Made by a program: the position numbers and the translations under genes. A DNA stretch of 64,000 nucleotides from Patescibacteria group bacterium (GTDB lineage Bacteria; Patescibacteriota; Minisyncoccia; UBA6257; 2-01-FULL-56-20), in contig JBBUGM010000011.1 in the NCBI GenBank assembly GCA_038077975.1, positions 22,038 to 86,037 on the forward strand, given 5' to 3'. Below are positions 26,583-34,107 of this stretch, in pieces; the stretch's first letter is position 1, and every line of letters starts with the position of its first letter. The notes beneath the pieces were generated by a model. That model was not told the origin of the DNA and ran no database searches. It was given only the letters and a program-made list of their open reading frames with translations.

Positions 26583-27584
26583 ATGTCAAATTTTGAAGAA
26601 CAACCACAATTTACACCGAAGCAAAAACAGAATAGTGTCGAGCACAACATGGGTGGTGTTAGTGTTGAAACATTAACCGAAGAGCTTGAGAAGTTGCGCG
26701 CGCAAGAAAAAATTTCTGAGGTGGAAATTCCTACTCTATTTGAAAAAATAAATAGAAAAATACTTACACAAGTCGGTGAACACCCCGAAGATGAGTTATT
26801 AAGACAGCTTGCTGAACGAAAGGCAGAAATATTTCGATCGATTTTGGAAAGAATGCAAGCGACATGTGGCGACCGTGGCAATTTTGAAGCGTTGGAAGGA
26901 GCAGCAAAAATTATGACGACGGAGGGAAGACATGTATTTGGTGAAGATATAAATCGGCCATATTTTGATGTACGAACACAAAAAATATATATGGGTCCAG
27001 AGGCAACAAGAATACTTGCTAACCCCGATATTCTAATTGCCTTGCTTGCGGCGAAAGGGTCAAGTGGCGCAGCCAATGATTTACACCATGAGTTTATACA
27101 TTCCCATCAAGTTAGAAAAACACAAACAAGTAAGGAAAAGCTCGTGGAAGCATTGAACATTTTTGGAGATAAGAATCTTCTTCTAAAAGAAGTTCATGCT
27201 CTGATAGGCGCAGATAGGAAAGGCAACGGGAAACGAATTGAAATTGGCAAGCTTCACGAAGAATTAAGCAGCGATTCTTACGGGTTAATTTCAACAGAAG
27301 AAGATGTGCGTCGTTTGAAAAATGCCGCGCTAAGAGTAAAGCAGTTGTATGCGCTCGGTTTTTCAGATGAAAGCATTGGGGGGTTGGTGGGCAGGACAAA
27401 ATGGGATAAAAAATCAGGAACTTATAATACTCTTGCATCTGAGGTTGAAAGAGTAATGCGCGACAGAAATTTATCCGAGAACGAAATTGCTAGTTTAGTG
27501 AAAGCGGATGAATTAAAAACTAGATTAAGGATCGAGAAAACGAGAATTGCTGCAAAAGAGGTTGTTGAGGGGTTTTTGAAATAA
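26583..27584 (+). CDS. hypothetical protein with an HExxH motif (putative metallopeptidase partner of the XRE regulator)
   Basis: 333 aa starting 4 nt after the XRE stop. HHEFIH motif mid-protein. The pairing resembles ImmR/ImmA-type modules. Confidence 0.6.
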   Translation: MSNFEEQPQFTPKQKQNSVEHNMGGVSVETLTEELEKLRAQEKISEVEIPTLFEKINRKILTQVGEHPEDELLRQLAERKAEIFRSILERMQATCGDRGNFEALEGAAKIMTTEGRHVFGEDINRPYFDVRTQKIYMGPEATRILANPDILIALLAAKGSSGAANDLHHEFIHSHQVRKTQTSKEKLVEALNIFGDKNLLLKEVHALIGADRKGNGKRIEIGKLHEELSSDSYGLISTEEDVRRLKNAALRVKQLYALGFSDESIGGLVGRTKWDKKSGTYNTLASEVERVMRDRNLSENEIASLVKADELKTRLRIEKTRIAAKEVVEGFLK

Positions 27585-27592
27585 TTTCTTAA

Positions 27593-27759
27593 TAGCGGCG
27601 AAAAATTTTGGCCTCCCGCGAGGGCGCGACGGATGGGGGGATTCCGCCACGCCCGAGCGTTCCGCCGGAGCGCCTGCCCGCCGAAGCCTCGGCGCAGGCG
27701 GGAAGCGGAGGCGGTCAGTTTCGTTCAAAAAATGTTAGAGCAGAGTTGTATAATTCCAC
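27593..27759. repeat. right arm of a long inverted repeat (167 bp)
   Basis: See 26110-26283. The outer end carries an outward-facing TTCAAA-18-TATAAT. Confidence 0.9.
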
Positions 27760-27922
27760 TCGCAAATTTATTTTTTCCTCGCTGCCAATTGTAAGGAGTA
27801 AGGTTCCAGAAATGCCGTAGAGGGGGTCGGGGAGAAATGTAATCTCTCCCCGTGTAGGAATTAGTCCCGCCAGGCGGGACGAGTTCAAAACCGAGGGTTT
27901 TGAAAGCGCAGCGAAGCGAGCA

Positions 27923-28339
27923 GTGAGATGCCTGGTGGGCGGACTAAATTACCCAAATTTATGCCCAAAGAAGAGTTTCAAAAGTGGCAAGAAGATTTGG
28001 ATCGGCGCGCGGAGGAAGCCGTGCAGAAAAACGCCGGCAAAACGCGGCAAGCTGAATCACCGAAAAAATCTCCTAGCGAAGAAAGCGTCCCCGCAGAAAG
28101 CTCAAAGGGGGGCGGCGCAGAAAAAACAAAGGATTGAAGAACGGATAAATAATTTGCGCAAGGATGGTTGGCAAGTCGTCGAGATCCTGCACGGCAAAGC
28201 TAAGGTTGGAGAAGAAAAAGCGGCGCCAGATGAGGAAATTCGCGTAGAAGGATTCGGAACGACTTTTTATATATTAAAAAGAAAAAAGGGTCGGCAACAC
28301 GACGAACCAAACGACGACGATGTGGAGACTGTCTATTGA
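27923..28339 (+). CDS. hypothetical Lys/Glu-rich protein, reading frame ambiguous
   Basis: Two overlapping ORFs (27928-28137 and 27923-28339). Each looks protein-like over a different half. G6 and A6 runs at 28107-28126 lie at the crossover. Confidence 0.35.
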   Translation: MRCLVGGLNYPNLCPKKSFKSGKKIWIGARRKPCRKTPAKRGKLNHRKNLLAKKASPQKAQRGAAQKKQRIEERINNLRKDGWQVVEILHGKAKVGEEKAAPDEEIRVEGFGTTFYILKRKKGRQHDEPNDDDVETVY

Positions 28340-28365
28340 AACGTTTGCTTCTCTGAACAAAATAT

Positions 28366-28393
28366 AAAGGCGGGATATTTCATCTCGCCTTTT
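28366..28393. terminator. bidirectional terminator between convergent genes
   Basis: AAAGGCGGGAT-ATTTC-ATCTCGCCTTTT. Confidence 0.65.
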
Positions 28394-28395
28394 AC

Positions 28396-29037
28396 CTAAA
28401 AATCCACTTCGAAGAAAATCCCGAACATATTAACTCCGTCATTCGGCTTAGGCGTTCCGAATACAGACGCGAAGTTAGAGTAATGGCGGTAGCGGCCTCC
28501 AACGATGATCGCGATGTTTCTGTTCCATCGCGGATAATGTTCAAATCCTACATCTGCGTTTATAGGGAATTGAAATGGTCCGGTTGTACGATCCGAGTGC
28601 GCATGCGGCCCAAAATAACTTCCGCCGACTCCACCGCCAAGAAAAAAAGTTGTGCGATAGAACACGGGGGAATGAATGCGCACGTCCAAAGAATATGCCA
28701 CGATCTTACCGGACGAAAAAGGAAGCGCGGTGCCGATATTCAAATTATGACCAAGCTCAACGCGCTGCAGCAAAGAAGCTTCTCTGACTCGGAATCTGTG
28801 TATCCAACGGTAGCTTGTCGAAACGATATGCAGCGGGTGTTTGTCAATCTTCTCCCGTTTGGTTTCCCATGGCCACTCCTCGCTGAATTGAAATTCTATT
28901 CCTCTCCCTATGTCTTTTCGCATCCAAAATTCTTGAGGCGCGGCCTCCTGCGCAAAGCAATGCGTGGGAAGCAACGTCAAGAAGAATAAGCCGCTAATCA
29001 TCGCGGTTGTCACGAAACGAGCGCTGTGTCTCCTCAC
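28396..29037 (-). CDS. PagL-like lipid A 3-O-deacylase / acyloxyacyl hydrolase family beta-barrel
   Basis: C-terminal VGGRYRHYSNFASVFGTPKPNDGVNMFGIFFEVDF matches the PagL HxSN...PNDG signature and ends in an aromatic residue. GTG start 5 nt after a GGAGG RBS. Signal peptide present. Confidence 0.7.
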   Translation of the reverse strand: MRRHSARFVTTAMISGLFFLTLLPTHCFAQEAAPQEFWMRKDIGRGIEFQFSEEWPWETKREKIDKHPLHIVSTSYRWIHRFRVREASLLQRVELGHNLNIGTALPFSSGKIVAYSLDVRIHSPVFYRTTFFLGGGVGGSYFGPHAHSDRTTGPFQFPINADVGFEHYPRWNRNIAIIVGGRYRHYSNFASVFGTPKPNDGVNMFGIFFEVDF

Positions 29038-29129
29038 AACTGCCTCCGATTTATTGAACTTCTCGCAGTATACGCCATATCGGCTAAAAAGGCAAGGTCT
29101 TTGCCACAATGTGCAATTTGCTATAATAT

Positions 29130-31313
29130 GTGCAACTCCATAACATGCGCATCCCCCTCACAACTCCCCTCTTCGGAATCCACGGAATGGGTCCGGGATT
29201 CGTGAAGCGCCTCGAAACTCTCGGCATCAAAACCGTTCGCGACCTTTTATGGCACTTCCCCGCCCGTTACGAGGACTTCTCCAAGATCTATAAGATCGGC
29301 GAACTCGAACCGGGGCAACACGCGACGATCCAGGGCGTGATCGAAGACGTGAGCGTTCGCAAAACTTGGAAAAAACAGATAACGATAGTCGAAGCGATGA
29401 TCGCGGATGAGTCGGGAACTATCCGCGCCGTCTGGTTCAACCAGCCGTACCTCGCCACGTCCTTGAAACCCGGGAGGCTTGCAAACTTCGCCGGCAAAAC
29501 CTCCGTCTCCGACGAAGGAGAAATATATCTTAATCATCCGGCGCATGAAATTCTCTCGCAGAAAAAACAGGAGACCAGGCACACCGCGCGCCTCGTGCCC
29601 ATTTACCCCGAAACGAAAGGGCTGACTTCGAAAGGCCTGAGATTTTTGGTCCAACCGATAATTAAAAACGTGGAGCTCGTCGCCGAGTGGATCCCGCAGG
29701 AAGTTCTGGCGAAATTCCGTCTTCCGGAAATTAATCTCGCTTTGAACGACATCCATTTCCCAAAGGCGATCGAAGACGCGGCCGTTGCCAAAAAAAGATT
29801 TGGGTTCGAAGATCTCTTTTTACTTCAGCTCTACAACCTTCAGCAAAAGCTCAAACTCAAAGAGCAAAAAGCTCCGGCACTCGCGACGGACATTGAATGG
29901 CTCAAGGCCGTCATCGAAAAATTGCCGTATGAACTCACGCTCTCGCAGAAAAAATCGCTCTGGGAAATGGTCAAGGATGTCGAACATCCGCGGCCGATGA
30001 ACCGCTTGCTCCAAGGGGACGTGGGCTCGGGCAAAACGGTCGTCGCGGCGCTTGTCGCGATCATCGCGGCGAAGAACGGACTCCAGACAGCATTCATGGC
30101 GCCGACGGAAGTTCTCGCGAGACAACACTTTGAAACATTGAAAAAGCTATTCGGCGGAGTAGCGCGCGATGTCCAGCCGATAACGGCGCTTATTACCTCG
30201 AGCGACGCCAAGCTCTTCCGCGAAACCGACACTGTTGCGGACGTCAAAAAAGAAGAATTGAATCAGAAAATAAAAGATGGCGAAATAAGAATTGTGATAG
30301 GCACGCACGCTTTGATACAAGAATCCGTGCGCTTCAAAAACCTCGCGTTCGTGATTGTCGACGAACAGCACCGCTTCGGCGTGAAACAGCGTGCGGCGCT
30401 CGCGCAACAGGACGGAAAAAATATACTTTTGCCGCACTTCTTGAGTATGTCGGCAACCCCTATCCCTCGGACGCTCATGATGACCGTCTTCGGCGACCTC
30501 GACATCTCGCTGATCACGGAGTTGCCTGCCGGAAGAAAAAATATAATAACCGAGATTGTGCCTCCTAAGGGGCGAAGCCGTTCCTACGAATTCATCCGTT
30601 CGGAGGTACAAAAAGGGAGGCAGGTCTTCGTGATCTGCCCGAGAATTGAAGTGGCGGGCAAGGAACCGGCGGCGAAAGGCGCGGACCAGCCATCCCTCAT
30701 ATCGCAAAAACAATCCGCATTGTGGGATGTAAAATCGGTCAAAGAAGAATACGAAAAATTATCGAAAAAGATATTTCCCGATCTTAAGGTAGCAATGCTC
30801 CACGGCAAACTCAAACCGAAAGAAAAAGAAGCGACGATGAAACAATTCAGTAGCGGAGCGGTTAATATTTTGGTTTCCACGTCCGTGATCGAAGTCGGCG
30901 TCGACATCCCCAATGCCACGATCATGATGATTGAAGGCGCGGACCGCTTCGGCTTGGCCCAACTTTACCAGTTCCGCGGACGCGTCGGCCGTAGCGAGCA
31001 CCAATCTTACTGCCTCTTATTCACCGACTCCGATTCGCAAAGCACGAAAGAGCGCCTCAAGGCCCTGCTTGAAGCGAAAAACGGATTTGAACTTGCCGAA
31101 TACGACCTTAAACTGCGCGGCCCGGGAGAGCTCTTAGGCGAAGGACAAGCCGGCATGCCCGACCTTGCCATGCAAGCGCTCCAAGACCCCGTACTTGTAA
31201 AAACCAGCCGCGAAGCCGCCTTGGCGATACTTGAAAGCGATCCCAAACTCAAAAACAGTCCCCCTCTCAAAGAAAAACTGTCGGAGTTCGAAAAAGCGCT
31301 GCATCTGGAATAA
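29130..31313 (+). CDS. recG: ATP-dependent DNA helicase RecG
   Basis: Walker A GDVGSGKT and DEQHRFG box. 727 aa. The true start may be ATG 29145, because an extended -10 (TGcTATAAT) ends at 29127. Confidence 0.9.
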   Translation: MQLHNMRIPLTTPLFGIHGMGPGFVKRLETLGIKTVRDLLWHFPARYEDFSKIYKIGELEPGQHATIQGVIEDVSVRKTWKKQITIVEAMIADESGTIRAVWFNQPYLATSLKPGRLANFAGKTSVSDEGEIYLNHPAHEILSQKKQETRHTARLVPIYPETKGLTSKGLRFLVQPIIKNVELVAEWIPQEVLAKFRLPEINLALNDIHFPKAIEDAAVAKKRFGFEDLFLLQLYNLQQKLKLKEQKAPALATDIEWLKAVIEKLPYELTLSQKKSLWEMVKDVEHPRPMNRLLQGDVGSGKTVVAALVAIIAAKNGLQTAFMAPTEVLARQHFETLKKLFGGVARDVQPITALITSSDAKLFRETDTVADVKKEELNQKIKDGEIRIVIGTHALIQESVRFKNLAFVIVDEQHRFGVKQRAALAQQDGKNILLPHFLSMSATPIPRTLMMTVFGDLDISLITELPAGRKNIITEIVPPKGRSRSYEFIRSEVQKGRQVFVICPRIEVAGKEPAAKGADQPSLISQKQSALWDVKSVKEEYEKLSKKIFPDLKVAMLHGKLKPKEKEATMKQFSSGAVNILVSTSVIEVGVDIPNATIMMIEGADRFGLAQLYQFRGRVGRSEHQSYCLLFTDSDSQSTKERLKALLEAKNGFELAEYDLKLRGPGELLGEGQAGMPDLAMQALQDPVLVKTSREAALAILESDPKLKNSPPLKEKLSEFEKALHLE

Positions 31314-31367
31314 AAAACGAGCACATAAATGTTATGCGCTCGTTTTTATTTATTGGAGTAACAGGCC

Positions 31368-32120
31368 CTACCTCAATTCGTAGGTAATCGAAACAGAAAC
31401 TTGCACTTCCTGACTTCCCGGTTCGATCGTCGGAGCCGCTACCGCGTCTCCTCCAAATCCGGCTTCCAATCCTTTCGCGTAGTAAGGGATCGGAGGATAT
31501 CCTCCCGACTCGCTCACATTTACGACTCGCCCTAACCGCACTCCGCTCGCGCGCGCAATCGACTTGGCTTTCTCTCTCGCCTTATCGAAGGCCTCTTCCC
31601 TCGCCCCGCTCAAATATGCCTCTTGGTCGTCGATCGTGAAGTTGATGCCGCCGATCTGGTTCACGCCCAAAGGCGTAAGCCCGGCAACGATATCCGCGAT
31701 CTTGCCCATCTCGCGCACTTTCACGGTAACTGTTTGCGAAAGCGTGTAGCCGACGATGAAATTCCTCCGGATATTCTCGTCATACCTGTAATCGGGAGAT
31801 AAGTTGTAGGACGTTGTCTTGATGTCCTTCGGATCGACCCCGCTCGACTTAAGGAATTCGATCACAGCCGACATTTTCTCGTTGGAATTATTCGCCAGAG
31901 CTTGCGGATTCTGGCCCTGCACTATCACGGAAAAAGATGATTCGGCGATGTCGGGGATCGCCAAAACTTTTCCGTCGGCAGACACCGTTAATGTTCTCAT
32001 TGCCGGCAAAGAATTGCCGTAACGGGAAATGGCCGGGAAACCGGCGAAAAGCATGCCTAAAACCGCAACAGCGATCCAAGTATCAAGGAGATACCAAAAA
32101 TATTTTTTTGCTTTATCCAT
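31368..32120 (-). CDS. SIMPL / DUF541 family periplasmic protein
   Basis: 250 aa with an N-terminal TM segment. Pattern is typical of 26-kDa periplasmic immunogenic protein homologues. Confidence 0.8.
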   Translation of the reverse strand: MDKAKKYFWYLLDTWIAVAVLGMLFAGFPAISRYGNSLPAMRTLTVSADGKVLAIPDIAESSFSVIVQGQNPQALANNSNEKMSAVIEFLKSSGVDPKDIKTTSYNLSPDYRYDENIRRNFIVGYTLSQTVTVKVREMGKIADIVAGLTPLGVNQIGGINFTIDDQEAYLSGAREEAFDKAREKAKSIARASGVRLGRVVNVSESGGYPPIPYYAKGLEAGFGGDAVAAPTIEPGSQEVQVSVSITYELR

Positions 32121-32166
32121 TGGATTTAATTATTTTTTGATCGACAAATTCACTGCGGGCATTATT

Positions 32167-32185
32167 CCCTGAGCTTGTCGAAGGG
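32167..32185. repeat. CCCTGAGCTTGTCGAAGGG motif, intergenic copy
   Basis: The same 19-mer or near-identical variants occur at 42344-42362, 54962-54978, 59352-59370 and 61097-61115, and inverted at 41411-41429. Confidence 0.85.
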
Positions 32186-32190
32186 TAGAA

Positions 32191-32958
32191 CTAATATCGA
32201 CCTATGTTTATTATTTTAGCAAACTCCCTTGCGTCCAAGCTGGCACCTCCGACAAGCGCGCCGTCGATCTCATTATGCTTTAGAAAGTTAGCAGCGTTTT
32301 TACTCGTAACCGAACCGCCGTATAAAATACGAGAATTTAGAATAGAGAATTTAGAATAGAGGGTTTTTTTAATAAATTTTGCCATCTCGACCGCTTCTTC
32401 CGGTTTATCGGCGCGGCCTGTGCCGATTGCCCAGATGGGCTCATAGGCAACAACTAGACGAGAATTTAGAATGTAGAATTTAGAATGTAGAATTTTTTTG
32501 ATACCTTGCAGATTTTGGCGAAGCTGGTTCCCAACGAATTGCTTCGCGGTGGAGAGACCGTTGCGGCGCACGGCAAGCGGTTCACCGACGCAGAGAATGA
32601 CCCTGAGGTCGGCGGCAAACGCGGCTTTAACTTTTTTATTTATCATTTCGTCGGTTTCGTTAAGCCACCTCCTTCGCTCGGAGTGGCCGATAATTACATA
32701 TGAAGCCCCGAGCGATTTCAACATCACGGGCGAGACCTCTCCTGTATAAGCGCCTTTCTCTTCCCAAAAAACATCTTGGGCACCGAGTCGAGGGTTTAGG
32801 TTTGAGGTTTTAGGTTTTAGTATTTCTAAAACCTGTTTCAAATATGGAAACGGCGGGCAGATAACGACGTCAACGCCTTTTGGCCCGCGAAAATGCCGCC
32901 ACTCGCCGAGAGGCGGCATGTTGAGCTTCCAGTTCGCGACGATAAGCTTCTTCGCCAT
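32191..32958 (-). CDS. tpiA: triosephosphate isomerase
   Basis: Contains ANWKLN, GHSERR, AYEPIWAIGTG and YGGSV. Three surface loops are encoded by repeat words. Confidence 0.9.
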   Translation of the reverse strand: MAKKLIVANWKLNMPPLGEWRHFRGPKGVDVVICPPFPYLKQVLEILKPKTSNLNPRLGAQDVFWEEKGAYTGEVSPVMLKSLGASYVIIGHSERRRWLNETDEMINKKVKAAFAADLRVILCVGEPLAVRRNGLSTAKQFVGNQLRQNLQGIKKILHSKFYILNSRLVVAYEPIWAIGTGRADKPEEAVEMAKFIKKTLYSKFSILNSRILYGGSVTSKNAANFLKHNEIDGALVGGASLDAREFAKIINIGRY

Positions 32959-33056
32959 ATCAATAAGTAAATTCTAACATATCCCCCGCGCTCGCTTGAC
33001 GCATAAGCGGGCAAACCTTAAATTTAATTTAGAACTTTCGAAAACAGGAGTGCGTT

Positions 33057-33917
33057 ATGAAAAGAGCAATTTGCTCCGTTTTGTTTTTTCTGACTATCTT
33101 GTTTTGCGGATACAGTTCCGCTTACGCAGGCAATGACAATGAGTTCGCCCGCTGGAACGAGCTTCAAACAGGACAAGTCGGCTACATGGACACGGTTTTT
33201 CAGGGCACCGTCATCCAAAGAATGAAAGTTATCTATGTGGGCACAACGCCGCATCCCGTCGGACAATCCGAAGCGGACCGGGCTATCGTTATCGCCTTGA
33301 TCGACAAGGAACTTGCCCCGAAAATGGCAACTGCTGTCGCCGGCACAAGCGGTTCCCCCGTGTATTTCAAAGTGCGTAAGAAGTTGCGCCTCGTCGGAGC
33401 CGCCGCTTTCATGTTCAGCGCCTTTCCTGTCAAAGGAACTATCATGGGAGTAACGCCGATCGAAATGATGATCGCCGGTACCGGAACGCCTCTCACCGAA
33501 CTGCCGCGAACGCTCAAGATCGAGAATTTCGGCGAATTTGGAATCAGGTGGTTGCCGATCTATCTCGACCAGCAAAAACTGCGCGCGAGTGCTGCGGTTG
33601 GAGCGACACCCGCTTCACGCCGGCCAGTACAGGGTGATTCCGTCACTGTCCATTTCCCAAGCGGCGGTGGCGGCATTTGCACCGTAACCTACGTTCACGA
33701 CGACCGCTTTTGGGCATGCGGCCACAGCATACTTAGGGAAAACGGCGAAAAATCGGTTGCTTTCCCCTCGTACCGCACGCAGATCACAATAACCGTCTAC
33801 AGCGCCGAAAGTTCTTATAAAATGTACGACCGCGACCTGGAATTCTTCGGAACGATCACAAGAAACACCTCTTTCAGCATCGAAGGCAAGGTCCACGCAT
33901 ACGGCCAAAATCCGTAA
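33057..33917 (+). CDS. putative secreted serine peptidase (SpoIVB/S55-like)
   Basis: Signal peptide present. GTSGSPVY followed by LVGAAAF resembles the S55 active-site region. Assignment is tentative. Confidence 0.45.
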   Translation: MKRAICSVLFFLTILFCGYSSAYAGNDNEFARWNELQTGQVGYMDTVFQGTVIQRMKVIYVGTTPHPVGQSEADRAIVIALIDKELAPKMATAVAGTSGSPVYFKVRKKLRLVGAAAFMFSAFPVKGTIMGVTPIEMMIAGTGTPLTELPRTLKIENFGEFGIRWLPIYLDQQKLRASAAVGATPASRRPVQGDSVTVHFPSGGGGICTVTYVHDDRFWACGHSILRENGEKSVAFPSYRTQITITVYSAESSYKMYDRDLEFFGTITRNTSFSIEGKVHAYGQNP

Positions 33918-33929
33918 TCGCATAATTCA

Positions 33930-33960
33930 AAGCTCCGCTTATAAGCGGAGCTTTTCGTTT
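33930..33960 (+). terminator. intrinsic terminator
   Basis: AAGCTCCGCTTATAAGCGGAGCTT plus TTCGTTT. Confidence 0.75.
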
Positions 33961-33962
33961 GG

Positions 33963-34033
33963 TGGACCTACGGGGAATTGAACCCCGACCTCCTCCATGC
34001 CATGGAGGCGTAATGCCGTTTTACTATAGGCCC
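33963..34033 (-). tRNA. tRNA-Ala (anticodon GGC)
   Basis: Acceptor GGGCCTA/TAGGTCC with G3:U70. Anticodon arm CCTCC-ATGGCAT-GGAGG. CCA encoded (33960-33962). Confidence 0.9.
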
Positions 34034-34034
34034 G

Positions 34035-34107
34035 TACCCCCAGCAGGAATCGAACCCGCATCTTTCCCTTAGGACGGGATTGCTCTTATCCATTGAGCTA
34101 TGGGGGC
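34035..34107 (-). tRNA. tRNA-Arg (anticodon CCT)
   Basis: Acceptor GCCCCCA/TGGGGGT, D arm GCTC..GAGC, loop GTCCTAA, T arm GCGGG-TTCGATT-CCTGC. Only 1 nt separates it from tRNA-Ala(GGC). Confidence 0.8.

Larger units (their letters stand above)
26110..27759 (+). mobile_element. IR-bounded two-gene cassette (XRE plus HExxH) next to tRNA-Lys
   Basis: About 170-bp terminal inverted repeats, 93 nt from the tRNA-Lys 3' end. No recombinase gene inside. Confidence 0.4.

Noticed and set aside
26110-27759. Calling the IR-bounded cassette an insertion sequence or transposon.
   Set aside because: No transposase, integrase or recombinase ORF lies inside or adjacent, and I could not identify target-site duplications. 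I reported it only as an IR-bounded cassette of unknown mobility.
27822-27905. A possible small RNA gene. The region has the hairpins GGGGAGA..TCTCCCC, GTCCCGC-CAG-GCGGGAC and CAAAACC-GAG-GGTTTTG, and AGGAATTAGTCCCGCC faintly recalls the RNase P P4 region.
   Set aside because: It is far too short for RNase P RNA, and the conserved GAGGAAAGUCC and ACAGNRA blocks are absent. Motif fragments (GGGGGTCGGGG, AAACCGAGGG) recur at 36395-36445 in a different order, which suggests repeat debris or a 5' UTR.
33024-33575. 183-aa minus-strand ORF opposite the putative S55-like peptidase.
   Set aside because: The plus-strand ORF has a signal peptide, the GTSGSP motif and a terminator. The minus frame has no start context.
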